Shown here piece after piece: positions 7,793 to 23,667 of a stretch of DNA of 64,000 nt (its first letter is position 1; the number at the start of each line of letters is the position of its first letter). The position numbers were made by a program, and so were the translations under genes. The DNA comes from an uncultured Gemmatimonadales bacterium. Lineage in GTDB: Bacteria; Gemmatimonadota; Gemmatimonadetes; Longimicrobiales; Gaopeijiaceae. The notes beneath the pieces were generated by a model that did no database searches, had not been told where the DNA came from, and saw only the letters and a list, made by a program, of their open reading frames with translations. The stretch is from NCBI GenBank assembly GCA_963823035.1, contig CAWGKG010000010.1:128001-192000 (forward strand). The letters run 5' to 3'.

Positions 7793-7877
7793 CCGGGGTG
7801 ATAGAGCGGGTAGCCTGAACGCGCCGGAAAGGTTAAATTCCCTGGATGCTTCCCGGGCTCTGCTCCACGGATGGTCC

Positions 7878-11265
<3,388 letters not shown>

Positions 11266-11282
11266 GGGGCGTCGCGGGAGGC

Positions 11283-12042
11283 TCAGGGCTGAAAGGCGAT
11301 CATCCGGGCCATCTCCCGGGGCTGCACTCGCGCGAGGAGCCTACGGGCCAGGATGTTCCGCACGCCCACGGCGAGGGGATGGCTCCACTGCCCCATCCGG
11401 CCGGCGCGGCGAGACCGGACGACGAAACCGTTCGCCCGAGCCATCCGGGCGGCTCTCGTACCGACGCAGGGCGGGCTCGACCGCGCCGCACGACCCCATC
11501 TGGCGCGCGAGCACCACGGCGTCCTCGAGCGCCTGGCACGCCCCCTGCCCGAGGTTGGGCGTCATCGGGTGGGCCGCGTCTCCGAGCAGGGTGATGCGCC
11601 CGGTCCCCCATCTCCGGAGCGCGGGACGGTCGAGGATGTCGTTGCGCAGGATGTCCGCGCCTTCCATGGCCGTCAGCAGCGCCGGGATGGGATCGTGCCA
11701 GGCGCCGAAGATGCGTCGGAGCTCGGCGAGCTCCCCACCCGGGCCGTGCACTCCTTCCGGGGCGTTCCGGGTGGCGTAGACGTACACCCGCCCCCCGGGC
11801 ACCCGAGCGTGCCCGAAGCGGGCGCCGCGCCCCCAGCTCTCACCGGGGCACAGCGGGACGTCCGGGGCGGTGATGACGGCGCGCCATGCCGTGTAGCCGG
11901 CGTACCGCGGCGGCTTGTATCCGTGCAGGCGCGCGCGCACCACGGAATGGAGGCCGTCGGCGCCGACGAGCACGTCGCCTTCGACCTCGTTGCCGTCGGC
12001 CCCGCCGTCCCTACTACAGCAGGAGCGACGCCCCGGGCTCAT
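11283..12042 (-). pseudogene. FAD-dependent monooxygenase, 5'-truncated and frameshifted
   Basis: DVLVGADGLHSVVR and TLLGDAAHPMTPNLGQGACQALED present; N-terminal GxGxxG region absent; frameshift near 11449. Confidence 0.7.
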
Positions 12043-12077
12043 CGGGTCCCCGCGATACGCCGGCACGCGAACGGGCC

Positions 12078-13514
12078 TCAGCTCTCTCCGGAGAGGGCAC
12101 GCGCGTCCACGAGCATGACGTCGTGGCGCCGCGCCACCTCGCGCACCAGCGGGGGGGGCGCCTCGCCCCTCACGAACAACAGCCGCAGCCGGCGTTCTCG
12201 CCCGAACCCGTAGCGCGTCTCGCGGATCTCCCGGTCGAGCACGTCGAGCGCGGGGCGGTCCCCCTGCCGCCAGAGCGTGGGCCGGCCGTAGAAGGCCGCG
12301 CCCGACGACAGGATGCCCGCGACGGGGATGTCGTAGCCCGCGCCCCACAGGCTACCGCACTCGCGCGCGTTGGCGCCGAGGGACTCGATCGCGTCGTGGC
12401 GCATGTACTGGCGGCATACCTCCGGGAGAATGGCGGCCACGTGCGAGGCCATCTCGCCGCGCACGCGCTCGGCGATCGCGTCGGCACCCTTTGCCGAGAC
12501 CAGCTCCTCCCTGTGCGGAAGCACGAAGCGGAACCAGAAGGCGAAGAATGGATCCGCGATCCGGTACCGTCGGTTGCGGCCGCGCGCGGAGGCATCGAGG
12601 GAGCGGCGCACCTCCACCAGCCCCATCTCCTCGAGCCGCTTCAGGTACGGGGCCACCTGTCCGCTCGCGGTCAGGTCCGCCACGCCCGCGTGCACCCCCG
12701 CCCAGTCCGACTCGCCGGACGACAGCGCGAGGAGAATGGCCGCATAGCGGGCGGGCGCCTGCGCCGCTCGCTCGAGGAGGTGGACCCCCGCGTCCACGAG
12801 GGGGCCGCCCCTCCTCAGCACGAGGCGGCGCAGGTTCGTGGCCAGCGACAGGCCCCGGTCGAGCAACGCCAGGTGGGCGGGGAGTCCGCCGAACACAGCG
12901 TACGCTTCCAGGCGGTCCACGGGTGTGGCGCCCGGAAGGAGCGGTGCGGAGGCCCGGAAGTCGAGCGGCGCGACGCGCACGTGCTCCGACGCCCCGTCCC
13001 ATGCGGTCGCCTCCTCGCCGCTGAAGTCCCTGGGGGACACCAGGATGACGTGCAGCGCGCGCCCGCGACCGCGAGCGTCGTCGATCGCCGCAGCCAGGGC
13101 AGGGAGGAGACGGACGCGCGCGGCGTCCAGGCGGTGTGCATCGTCGAGGACGAGCGCCGCGCCCCTTCCCTCGGGTACCGCCGCCGCCGCGGCGAGGAGG
13201 AGGGTCCGCCAGTCGTCCGCGGGGTCGGATCCCGACGCACGCGACGCGGTCGATGGCGCCGGTTCCCCCCGCAGGGCCTGCCACCCGCCCCCGCCGCGGC
13301 GCATCGCGGCGGCGAGCGCGACGCGCTGTGCGGGCTCGGGGAGGGGAGGGACGAGATGGTAGACGCGCGGGAGATCCGCGGTCGCAGCCAGCGCGAGGGT
13401 GGTCTTTCCCGCCCCCGGAAGACCAGACAACGTGACGATCCCGCCCTGCACGCGGTCGAGGGCCGTGCGCAGGATCCCCAGCTCCCGACTCCTGCCGGCC
13501 CGTGCTGACGCCAT
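12078..13514 (-). CDS. archaeal-type AAA ATPase with wHTH and DUF234-like C-terminus
   Basis: GRSREL, Walker A GLPGAGKT, Walker B LVLDD, GGLPAHL, YRIADPFFAFWFRFV. Confidence 0.85.
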   Translation of the reverse strand: MASARAGRSRELGILRTALDRVQGGIVTLSGLPGAGKTTLALAATADLPRVYHLVPPLPEPAQRVALAAAMRRGGGGWQALRGEPAPSTASRASGSDPADDWRTLLLAAAAAVPEGRGAALVLDDAHRLDAARVRLLPALAAAIDDARGRGRALHVILVSPRDFSGEEATAWDGASEHVRVAPLDFRASAPLLPGATPVDRLEAYAVFGGLPAHLALLDRGLSLATNLRRLVLRRGGPLVDAGVHLLERAAQAPARYAAILLALSSGESDWAGVHAGVADLTASGQVAPYLKRLEEMGLVEVRRSLDASARGRNRRYRIADPFFAFWFRFVLPHREELVSAKGADAIAERVRGEMASHVAAILPEVCRQYMRHDAIESLGANARECGSLWGAGYDIPVAGILSSGAAFYGRPTLWRQGDRPALDVLDREIRETRYGFGRERRLRLLFVRGEAPPPLVREVARRHDVMLVDARALSGES

Positions 13515-13547
13515 CGCTTCCCTCGGAATATTGGTAACTCTATACCG

Positions 13548-13573
13548 ATTAGCGTAATCATATTTATGCTAAT
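13548..13573. promoter_or_regulatory. inverted-repeat operator between divergent ATPase and glnA
   Basis: ATTAGCGTAA-tcatat-TTATGCTAAT (9/10 match) in an AT-rich island. Confidence 0.55.
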
Positions 13574-13653
13574 AGCTGTTGCCACACCAGCCCTCAACCG
13601 TGAGCGTTGTACCTCGTCCTTCCCCCCGCGCCCCACCGAGGAGTTGCCTTTCC

Positions 13654-15843
<2,190 letters not shown>

Positions 15844-16024
15844 CCCTCGACGTATCGTAGCGACGGCGACCGCGGGTTGCCGACACGCCGGACCCCTTCT
15901 CGCCTACTGCCGGGCGCGGAGGTGGCGTGCTCGGCAACTCGCGGTTTCGTCTCGAGGCTCGACCGTGGGAGCGGCCCCCGCGCCGTCGCCCCATATTGGC
16001 GGCTCCCCCGTCGCCGAGTCTCGC

Positions 16025-18109
16025 ATGTCCCGATCCGCCGGTCCCGCTCGCTACCACCCCCTCGTCGCCCACGCCGCCCTCGTGGTGCTCGCCTCCTGCG
16101 GGACTCCGTCCGACGTGGACTGGCCCGTCTACGGCGGCGACGACGGGCACACCCACTACACGACACTCGACCAGATCTCGCCGGCCAACGTGGCGGAGCT
16201 GCAGGTGGCCTGGACGTTCGACACGGACGACGCCTTCGACGGCTCGGAGATGCAGGCCAACCCGATCGTCGTGGACGGCGTGCTCTACGCCACCACCCCG
16301 AAGTTGCAGGTCTTCGCGCTGGACGCGGCCACGGGTCGGCAACTCTGGCGCTTCGACCCGACGGGTGGGGAGGGGCCGATTTCACGGATCCGCCACCGTG
16401 GCGTGGTGGTGACCGGCGACCGGGTCCTGTTCAACTACCGCAACCGGCTGTACGCCCTCGACCGGGCCACCGGCCAGCCCGTACCGACCTTCGGGAAGGA
16501 CGGCCAGGTGGACCTCCGCGAGGGGCTGGGCCGTCCCGTCGAGGGGCTCAGCGTGAGCGCGAGTTCGCCGGGCGTGGTCTTCGAGGACCTCCTCATCCTC
16601 GGAAGCTCGGTGCCCGAGTCGCTGCCGAGCGCACCCGGCGACATCCGCGCCTACGACGTGAGGACCGGCGCCCTCCGCTGGAGCTTCCACACGATCCCGC
16701 ATCCGGGCGAGTACGGCTACGACACCTGGCCGCCGGACGCCTGGCAGGTGTCCGGCGGCGCCAACGCGTGGAGCGGCGTGACGCTCGACCGCGAGCGCGG
16801 GATGGTGTTCGCGGCGACCGGGTCGGCGTCGTACGACTTCTATGGTGCCAACCGGGCGGGCGACGACCTGTTCGCCAACAGCGTGCTGGCGCTGGACGCG
16901 CGCACGGGAGAGCGCGTCTGGCACTACCAGGCGCTGCACCACGACCTGTGGGACCGGGACTTCCCCGCGCCCCCCGTGCTGGTGACGGTGACCCGGAGTG
17001 GCCGCTCGGTCGACGCGGTCGCGCAGATCACCAAGACCGGCCACGTCTGGGTGTTCGACCGCGATACCGGCGAGCCGCTCTTTCCCGTGGAGGAGCGAGA
17101 CATGCCCGGCGGCGGGCTCGACGGCGAGCGGACCGCGGCGCGGCAGCCGTTCCCGCTCTTGCCGCCCCCGTTCGCGCGCCAGCGGCTCACGAAGGACGAC
17201 CTCACCCGGCGCACGCCGGAGGCCCACGCCGCGGCGCTGAAGACCTTCGAGGAGTTCGGGACCGAGGATCCGTTCTCGCCCCCGAGCGAGCGCGGCACGA
17301 TCCTCTTTCCGGGCGTCGACGGGGGCGGGGAGTGGGGCGGGCCGGCGTTCGACCCCGAGACCGGGCTGCTCTACGTGAACTCGAACGAGATGGCCTGGCT
17401 CCTCAAGCTCGTGCCGAGGAGCGACGCATCACTCTACCAGGCCGATTGCGCCAGTTGCCATGGCGCCGGGCGGGAGGGCACGGCGCTGGCGCCATCGCTC
17501 CTCGGTGTCGGCCGGCGCCGCACGCACGAGCAGCTCGTGCAGATCGTGCGCGAGGGGACCGGGCGCATGCCGGCCTTCGCGGCGGCGGTGGGGCGGGGAG
17601 CCATCGAGGACATCGTCCGCTACCTCGAGACCGGCGTCGACGCGACGGCGAACGAGGTGGCGTCGACGCCCTACGACCTCCCCTACCGGACCGCGTACTT
17701 CGACATCTTCCTCGACCCCGACAGCTTCCCGGCCATCTCGCCGCCCTGGGGCACGCTCAACGCGATCGACCTGAACGAGGGCGAGATCCGCTGGTCGATC
17801 CCCTTCGGCGAGTATCCCGCGCTCGCGGCCGAGGGCATCACCGGCACGGGCACCGACAACTACGGTGGCGCGATCGTCACGAAGAACGGCCTCCTCCTCA
17901 TCGCGGCGACCACCTACGACGACCGCATCCGCGCCTTCGACAAGGCCACCGGGGAGTTGCTCTGGCAGGCGCCCCTGCCCGCCGCGGGCAACGCGACCCC
18001 GTCCACCTACATGGTGAACGGGAAGCAGTACGTCGTCATCGCCTGCGGAGGTGGCAAGAACGGGGCGAAGAGCGGCGGGACATACGTCGCGTTCGCGCTA
18101 CCGGACTAG
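16025..18109 (+). CDS. PQQ-dependent dehydrogenase (glucose/quinate-type) lipoprotein with internal cytochrome c domain
   Basis: DWPVYGGD, PGDIRAYDV, HHDLWDRD, GGGEWGG, PPWGTLNAID; CASCH heme motif; lipobox LASC. Confidence 0.9.
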   Translation: MSRSAGPARYHPLVAHAALVVLASCGTPSDVDWPVYGGDDGHTHYTTLDQISPANVAELQVAWTFDTDDAFDGSEMQANPIVVDGVLYATTPKLQVFALDAATGRQLWRFDPTGGEGPISRIRHRGVVVTGDRVLFNYRNRLYALDRATGQPVPTFGKDGQVDLREGLGRPVEGLSVSASSPGVVFEDLLILGSSVPESLPSAPGDIRAYDVRTGALRWSFHTIPHPGEYGYDTWPPDAWQVSGGANAWSGVTLDRERGMVFAATGSASYDFYGANRAGDDLFANSVLALDARTGERVWHYQALHHDLWDRDFPAPPVLVTVTRSGRSVDAVAQITKTGHVWVFDRDTGEPLFPVEERDMPGGGLDGERTAARQPFPLLPPPFARQRLTKDDLTRRTPEAHAAALKTFEEFGTEDPFSPPSERGTILFPGVDGGGEWGGPAFDPETGLLYVNSNEMAWLLKLVPRSDASLYQADCASCHGAGREGTALAPSLLGVGRRRTHEQLVQIVREGTGRMPAFAAAVGRGAIEDIVRYLETGVDATANEVASTPYDLPYRTAYFDIFLDPDSFPAISPPWGTLNAIDLNEGEIRWSIPFGEYPALAAEGITGTGTDNYGGAIVTKNGLLLIAATTYDDRIRAFDKATGELLWQAPLPAAGNATPSTYMVNGKQYVVIACGGGKNGAKSGGTYVAFALPD

Positions 18110-18600
18110 CCGCCCCACCCCTCGTCGGCCGTGGGGCCGTACATGGACGGCACGGGCACGTCGAGCAGGCGCAGGTACACACCGAGCTGCGCGCGGTGGT
18201 GCACGAGGTGGCTCATGTGCATGCGTACCACCTGCCAGCGCGGCGCGCTCATGAGCTCGTGGGCACCGTGCTTGAGCGCCCACGTAACCTGCCAGTCTTC
18301 CTCCTTCACCGCCTGGATCGCCTCGCGCGACGAGGCGACGTTCTCGTCGAAGCCACGCAAGAGCGTCTCGGTCGTCTCCGACGAGTAGCCGGCCCCGGCC
18401 CCCAGATCGAGCGAGGTCTCGCGTAGCGTCTGCCCGATCCAGCCCGGCATCCACGACACGAGCTGGGCCAGGTGCTCCAGCGAGAAGGACTTCTCGTGCG
18501 GCTTCCAGGAGCCCTCCCCGTCCGGCACGCGCTCGAGGAGGCGTCTCGTGGTCGCCATCTCCTGATCGAACTCCAGCAGGAGCTCTTCCTTCCTGTTCAT
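18106..18600 (-). CDS. DinB-family protein
   Basis: WKPHEKSFSL, HLVHHRAQLGVYLRLLDVPVPSMYGPTADE. Confidence 0.9.
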   Translation of the reverse strand: MNRKEELLLEFDQEMATTRRLLERVPDGEGSWKPHEKSFSLEHLAQLVSWMPGWIGQTLRETSLDLGAGAGYSSETTETLLRGFDENVASSREAIQAVKEEDWQVTWALKHGAHELMSAPRWQVVRMHMSHLVHHRAQLGVYLRLLDVPVPSMYGPTADEGWGG

Positions 18601-18649
18601 GACCAGCACCTCCTTCCCGGTAGGGGTCGTGGCGCCGCCGCCGGCGACG

Positions 18650-21600
18650 TCAGCTGATGAGCTTCCGGTCCCCCTTCTTGAGGACGACCGGGTCGAGGCC
18701 CAGCGAGCGGATCAGGTCGTTGAAGCGAGCCAGGTCCTGGTCGAGCACCGCCTGAAGCCGCCCCTGCACGTCGGATACCTGCGTACGCAGCTCGCCCAGC
18801 CGGGCAACGGCCTGGTCGGTGGGCGGTGCATCGACCGTGCCGACGGTGCCGGCCACGGTGTTGTAGAGGTACGCCAGCTCGGCGGTGAGCTTCCCGGGGT
18901 AGTCGAGCGGGTCGTAGAAGCTCTTGCTCTTCGTCTGCTGGATCTCCTCCTCGAGGCCCGTGAGCTTCCCGCCCAGCGAGTCGGCCGCGGCCTTCACGCG
19001 CGCGACGTCCGCCTCTGCGATCCCGGCGTCGGCGGCCAGGGCGGCCAGATCCTTCGACTGGTCGCGCACCGACCGCAGGTCGTCCATCCGGTCGGCCATC
19101 CCCTCGATGACCCCGCCGAGGTCCTTCAGGAAGCGGTACTGCGCCACGAAGTCCTCCTGCGCCACGCTCGTGCGCGGGTCGGGGAGCACCTGCAGCGTCT
19201 GGCTCTGCACGTCGTCGCCGACCTTCAGCGTCACCGTGTAGTCGCCCGGAGGCGCGGCCGGCTGGGTGATCGCGCCGAAGAGCACCGTGCCCGCGGGGAG
19301 GCGGGGCTGCGGGTAGAGGAGGTTCCACGTCGTGCGGTGCAGCCCCTTCGTCTTCGGCAGGAGGTTGCCGCCGCCCGCGAAGCCGAAGAGCTCGGCGAGC
19401 GCCGCGAACGCGCCCAGATCCGGCCCGGCCTGCGCCTCGCTCGAGAGGGTCGCGGCGGTGTCGCCGGCCGCGTCGGTGATCGTGATCGTGACGGGTCCGT
19501 CCACGTCCTCGGCCAGCGAATAGTGGATCATCGCGCCGTCCGGAGGATTCTGCGTGCGCGTCCCGGTGGGGGTGGCGCCGGGCGCGCCCCCGCCGAAGAA
19601 GGCACGGTACGCCGGCCGCACGGGATAGAGATGCGCGGGCGCCGCCATGGTCGAGGCGGTCATCGAGCGCAGCGGCGTCACGTCGTCGAGGATCCAGAAG
19701 GAGCGTCCCTGCGTGGACACCACCAGGTCGCCGTGGTGCACGGCGATGTCGGTGACCGGGGTGACCGGCAGGTTCCGCTGGAAGGGCTGCCAGTGCGCTC
19801 CGTCGTCGAAGGACACGTAGGCGCCGAACTCCGTCCCGGCGTAGAGAAGCCCATCCCGCTCCGGGTCCTCGCGCACCACGCGGGTGAAGTGGTCCGCGGG
19901 GATGCCGTTGGTGCCGTCCGTGAGGAGCCGCCAGCTCCTGCCGTAGTCGGTCGTCTGCCAGAGATAGGGATGCATGTCCGCCTGACGGTAGCGGTACGCC
20001 GCCACCGTCACCCGGCCGGGCGTGCGTCGGGAGATGTCGATCGAGTTGACGGTCGCACCCTCGGGGAAGCCGCGCGGCGTCACGTCCGTCCAGGTCGCGC
20101 CGTCGTCGCGCGACACGTGGATCAGCCCGTCGTCGCTTCCGGCCCAGAGCACGCCCGTCTCGAGCGTCGACTCCTCCAACGCGAAGATCGTCCCGTACAC
20201 CTCGACCCCCGTGCCGTCGTGCGTGATCGGCCCGCCCGCGTAGCCCTGGTAGGCCGGGTCGTTCGTGGTCAGGTCGGGGCTGATGACCTCCCAGGACTGC
20301 CCGGCGTTGCGCGAGCGGTGCACGCGGTTGGAGGTGTGGTACAGCACGTTCGGGTCGTGCGGGGAGATGCGGATCGGGGCGTCCCACTGGAATCGGTAGC
20401 GCAGGTCGGAGATCTTCTGCGCCATCTGGTTCTGCGGATACGCCTGGATCTCCCGCGTCTGCCCCGTGCGCACGTCGTAGCGGTTGATGGTCCCGCCGTA
20501 GCAGCCCGCGTAGACGATGTTCGGGTCGCGCGGATCGATCGCGACGTGGCCGCTCTCGCAACCGCCGACCTGGTACTCCTGCTCGAAGTCCGAGATGACG
20601 GCGGGCGAGAGCCGGCTGGGCACCGACACCGTGGAGTTGTCCTGCTGGGCGCCGTACAGCCGGTACGGGAACTGCTCGTCCACGGCGACGCGGTAGAGCT
20701 CAGCGGTGGGCTGGTTGCGCTGCGTCGACCAGCTCCGGCCGCCGTTGAGCGTGACGGTCGCGCCGCCGTCGTCGCCCTCGATCATGATGTCGGGGTTGTC
20801 CGGGTTGATCCACAGCTTGTGGCTGTCCCCGTGCGGCACGGTCGGGGTGGGCACGAAGCTCGCGCCGCCGTCCACGGACTTGTACAGCAGCACGTTGTCG
20901 ATCCAGACGGTGTTCTCGTCCTGCGGGTCGGCCGTCATCCGCATGTAGTACCAGGGCCGGTGGAACAGCTGCTTCTCGTTCGTGAGCCGCCGCCAGCTGT
21001 CCCCGCCGTTGTCGGAGCGGTACACGCCACCCTTCTCGTCCCCCGCTTCGATGACCGCCCACACCCGGTTCGGATTGGCCGGCGACACCGTGAGGCCCGC
21101 CTTGCCGAAGAGCCCCGTGGGGAGGCCGCCGCCGAGCTTCTGCCAGGAGTCGCCGCCGTCCTTGCTCCGGTAGATCCCGCCCTCCATGGCACCCGAGATC
21201 ATGCTCCAGGGGAGGCGCTGCGCCCGCCACGCCGCCGCGTAGAGGATGCGCGGGTTTCGCGGATCGAGGGCGACGTCGATGACGCCGGTGGAATCGGAGA
21301 CGAAGAGGACCTTCTCCCAGCTCTTCCCGCCGTCCTTCGTGCGGAAGACGCCGCGCTCCTCGTTGCGGCCGAACAGGCTGCCGAGCGCGGCGACGTACAC
21401 GAGATCGGGGTCGGTCGGATGCACCTGGATCTTCCCGATCTGGCCGGCGGCACGCAGGCCGATGTGCGCCCACGTCTTCCCCTTGTCCGTCGAGCGGTAC
21501 ATGCCGATGCCGGGCGACACGTTGCCGCGCGGCTCCGCCGAGCCGGTACCGACGTAGATCACGTTCGGGTCGGAGGGCGCCACGGTGATCGCGCCCACCG

Positions 21601-21925
21601 AGCCGACCTCGAATTGGCCGTCGGTGATGTTGCGCCAGGAGACACCCGCGTCGTCGCTCTCCCAGACGCCGCCACCCGTGTTGCCCATGTAGAAGTGGAA
21701 GGGCTCGCCGCGCACCCCGGTCACCGCGGTCACACGTCCGCCTCGCCAGGGTCCCACGTTCCGGTAGCTGAAGGCCGACAGGAACGCGGGGTCGACCGTA
21801 CCGGCCGGCGGGGTCTGGGCGGACAGGCCGCCCGCGCACAACGCGCCCGCCGCGGGAAGGACGAGGAAGGCCAGGCGAGCCAGGAGGCCCGCCCGGCCGA
21901 ACGAGATGCGGGACGTCGCGTTCAT
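18650..21925 (-). CDS. secreted BNR/Asp-box (VPS10/sortilin-like) glycosyl hydrolase
   Basis: Signal peptide; GPWRGGRV; repeated SxDxGxxW Asp-boxes; 1091 aa. Confidence 0.9.
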   Translation of the reverse strand: MNATSRISFGRAGLLARLAFLVLPAAGALCAGGLSAQTPPAGTVDPAFLSAFSYRNVGPWRGGRVTAVTGVRGEPFHFYMGNTGGGVWESDDAGVSWRNITDGQFEVGSVGAITVAPSDPNVIYVGTGSAEPRGNVSPGIGMYRSTDKGKTWAHIGLRAAGQIGKIQVHPTDPDLVYVAALGSLFGRNEERGVFRTKDGGKSWEKVLFVSDSTGVIDVALDPRNPRILYAAAWRAQRLPWSMISGAMEGGIYRSKDGGDSWQKLGGGLPTGLFGKAGLTVSPANPNRVWAVIEAGDEKGGVYRSDNGGDSWRRLTNEKQLFHRPWYYMRMTADPQDENTVWIDNVLLYKSVDGGASFVPTPTVPHGDSHKLWINPDNPDIMIEGDDGGATVTLNGGRSWSTQRNQPTAELYRVAVDEQFPYRLYGAQQDNSTVSVPSRLSPAVISDFEQEYQVGGCESGHVAIDPRDPNIVYAGCYGGTINRYDVRTGQTREIQAYPQNQMAQKISDLRYRFQWDAPIRISPHDPNVLYHTSNRVHRSRNAGQSWEVISPDLTTNDPAYQGYAGGPITHDGTGVEVYGTIFALEESTLETGVLWAGSDDGLIHVSRDDGATWTDVTPRGFPEGATVNSIDISRRTPGRVTVAAYRYRQADMHPYLWQTTDYGRSWRLLTDGTNGIPADHFTRVVREDPERDGLLYAGTEFGAYVSFDDGAHWQPFQRNLPVTPVTDIAVHHGDLVVSTQGRSFWILDDVTPLRSMTASTMAAPAHLYPVRPAYRAFFGGGAPGATPTGTRTQNPPDGAMIHYSLAEDVDGPVTITITDAAGDTAATLSSEAQAGPDLGAFAALAELFGFAGGGNLLPKTKGLHRTTWNLLYPQPRLPAGTVLFGAITQPAAPPGDYTVTLKVGDDVQSQTLQVLPDPRTSVAQEDFVAQYRFLKDLGGVIEGMADRMDDLRSVRDQSKDLAALAADAGIAEADVARVKAAADSLGGKLTGLEEEIQQTKSKSFYDPLDYPGKLTAELAYLYNTVAGTVGTVDAPPTDQAVARLGELRTQVSDVQGRLQAVLDQDLARFNDLIRSLGLDPVVLKKGDRKLIS

Positions 21926-21989
21926 GGGTGCCGCTCCGAGGAGGCGGATCGAATGTGCACGGAGCGACAGAATACTACGCGGCGCTCGT

Positions 21990-23667
21990 CTACGGCATCC
22001 CCGGAGGCGGCACCCGCCGCTTCGTCGCCTGCTCGAAGGCGTAGGCCAGCTCGAGCAGGCGCGGCTCGCTGCACGCTCCGCCCGTGAAGCTCACGCCGCA
22101 GCGGCTGGGGCTTGGCGACGAAGCCTTCCGGGAAGGGCGGCCCGAACGGCCGGTTCTCCACGAAGGCGAAGGGCACGATCACGGTCGGGTAGCCGGGCTT
22201 GGCGGCGATGCCGGCGCTGCCCGGTCCGGCGAAGAGGAGCGCGTCCAGCTGGTTCGCCGCCATGGCCTCGTCGATGCCGTGCTCGCCGTTCAGCCGCAGG
22301 TCGCGCGCCCGGTCCGCCTCGTAGGTCGCCTTGTCCTCGTCCAGGTCCAGCGTGTCGGCGCCGTCGAGGCGGGCCTGCTCGTACTTCATCGACCCGCCCG
22401 CCCGGTGCGCGAGGTTCCACTCGCGCAGCTCGGTGAGCGACTTCACGGGCGCGCCGTCGCCGAGGGATGCGAGCCACAGGTTGAAGTCGCGCTTCATGCC
22501 GTAGTCGAGCACGCTGCTGCGCCCGTTGAGGAGCAGGTTGTTCGCGGAGTCCGGGTCGAGGACGCTCGGGATGTTCGCCGGATCGACGATCACGGCGCCC
22601 TGCTCCTTCAGGATCGCGACCACGGTGTCCATGACCGCACGCTCCTGGTCGGAGAGACCGCCGCGGAAGCGATCGGAGCCGGGCGCCTGCACGGAGTCGT
22701 AGTACATGGCCCGGGGGATGCCGATGCGCGCGCCCTGCAGGCCGTCCGCGTTCAGGAACGCCGTGTAGTCGTTGTTCGGCGGCGGCGAGCAGGTCGACGT
22801 CGCCGGATCGTTCGGGTCCGGCGCGGACCCCTCGAGGGCGCCCAGCATGATCGCGGCGTCCGTGACCGTGCGCGCCATGGGCCCGGGCGTGTCCTGGTCG
22901 GCGGTGATCGGGATCACGCCGTAGCGGCTCACCCGCCCGACCGTCGGCTTCACCGCCGCGAGCATGTTCTGGTTGGACGGGGACAGGATGGATCCGGAGG
23001 TCTCCGTGCCGACGTTCGCCGCCCAGAAGCTCATCGCGGTGCCGATGCCCGATGACGATCCGCCGGTGGTCATGACCGGACGCCCGTCGTCGCGGCCCTC
23101 GCGCGGGTCACGACGCGGGTCGTACGGGTTCATGCCGTAGCCGCCGATCGCGCTGTAGTTCCCGGGCATGCCGGACGCCATGAAGTTGGCCAGCTCGGTC
23201 ATGACCGTCTTCGCGAGGATGATCGCGCCCGCGTCCTCGAGGTTCTTCGTGAGCGTCGCCTCGTAGGGCGGCGTGAAGTCACGGAAGGCCAGCGCGCCCC
23301 CGGTGGTAGGCATCTCGGTGGTGTGGATGTTGTCCTTCAACGCCACCGGGATGCCGTGGAGAGGTCCGAGCAGTTGGCCGGCCGCGCGCATCCGGTCGAG
23401 CGAGTCCGCGATCTCGAGCGCGTGCGGGTTCACCGCGATCGTCGCGTTGACGCGCTCCTCGTACGTGGCGATGCGCATCAGAGAGGCCTCGACCAGCGCA
23501 CGCGACGTGACGGTTCCATCCGCCATCGCCTGCTGCATCTCGGGGATGGTCGCCTCGACCACGTCGAAGCGCTCGGAGGGCTTCGCGGACGCCGTGCAGG
23601 CGGCCAGGAGGGGAAGGAGAACCACAACCGCCCGCACGCGTGCGGGCTGCTTCGGGAGCGTCGTCAT
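21990..23667 (-). CDS. amidase-signature family lipoprotein (frameshift near 22100)
   Basis: PLHGIPVALKDNI, GGSSSG, GTETSGSILSP; C-terminus GVSFTG..SEPRLLELAYAFEQAT lies in a shifted frame. Confidence 0.9.

Noticed and set aside
7712..7877. Possible oriC upstream of recF
   Set aside because: No TTATCCACA DnaA boxes or AT-rich unwinding element seen; dnaA is absent from the window
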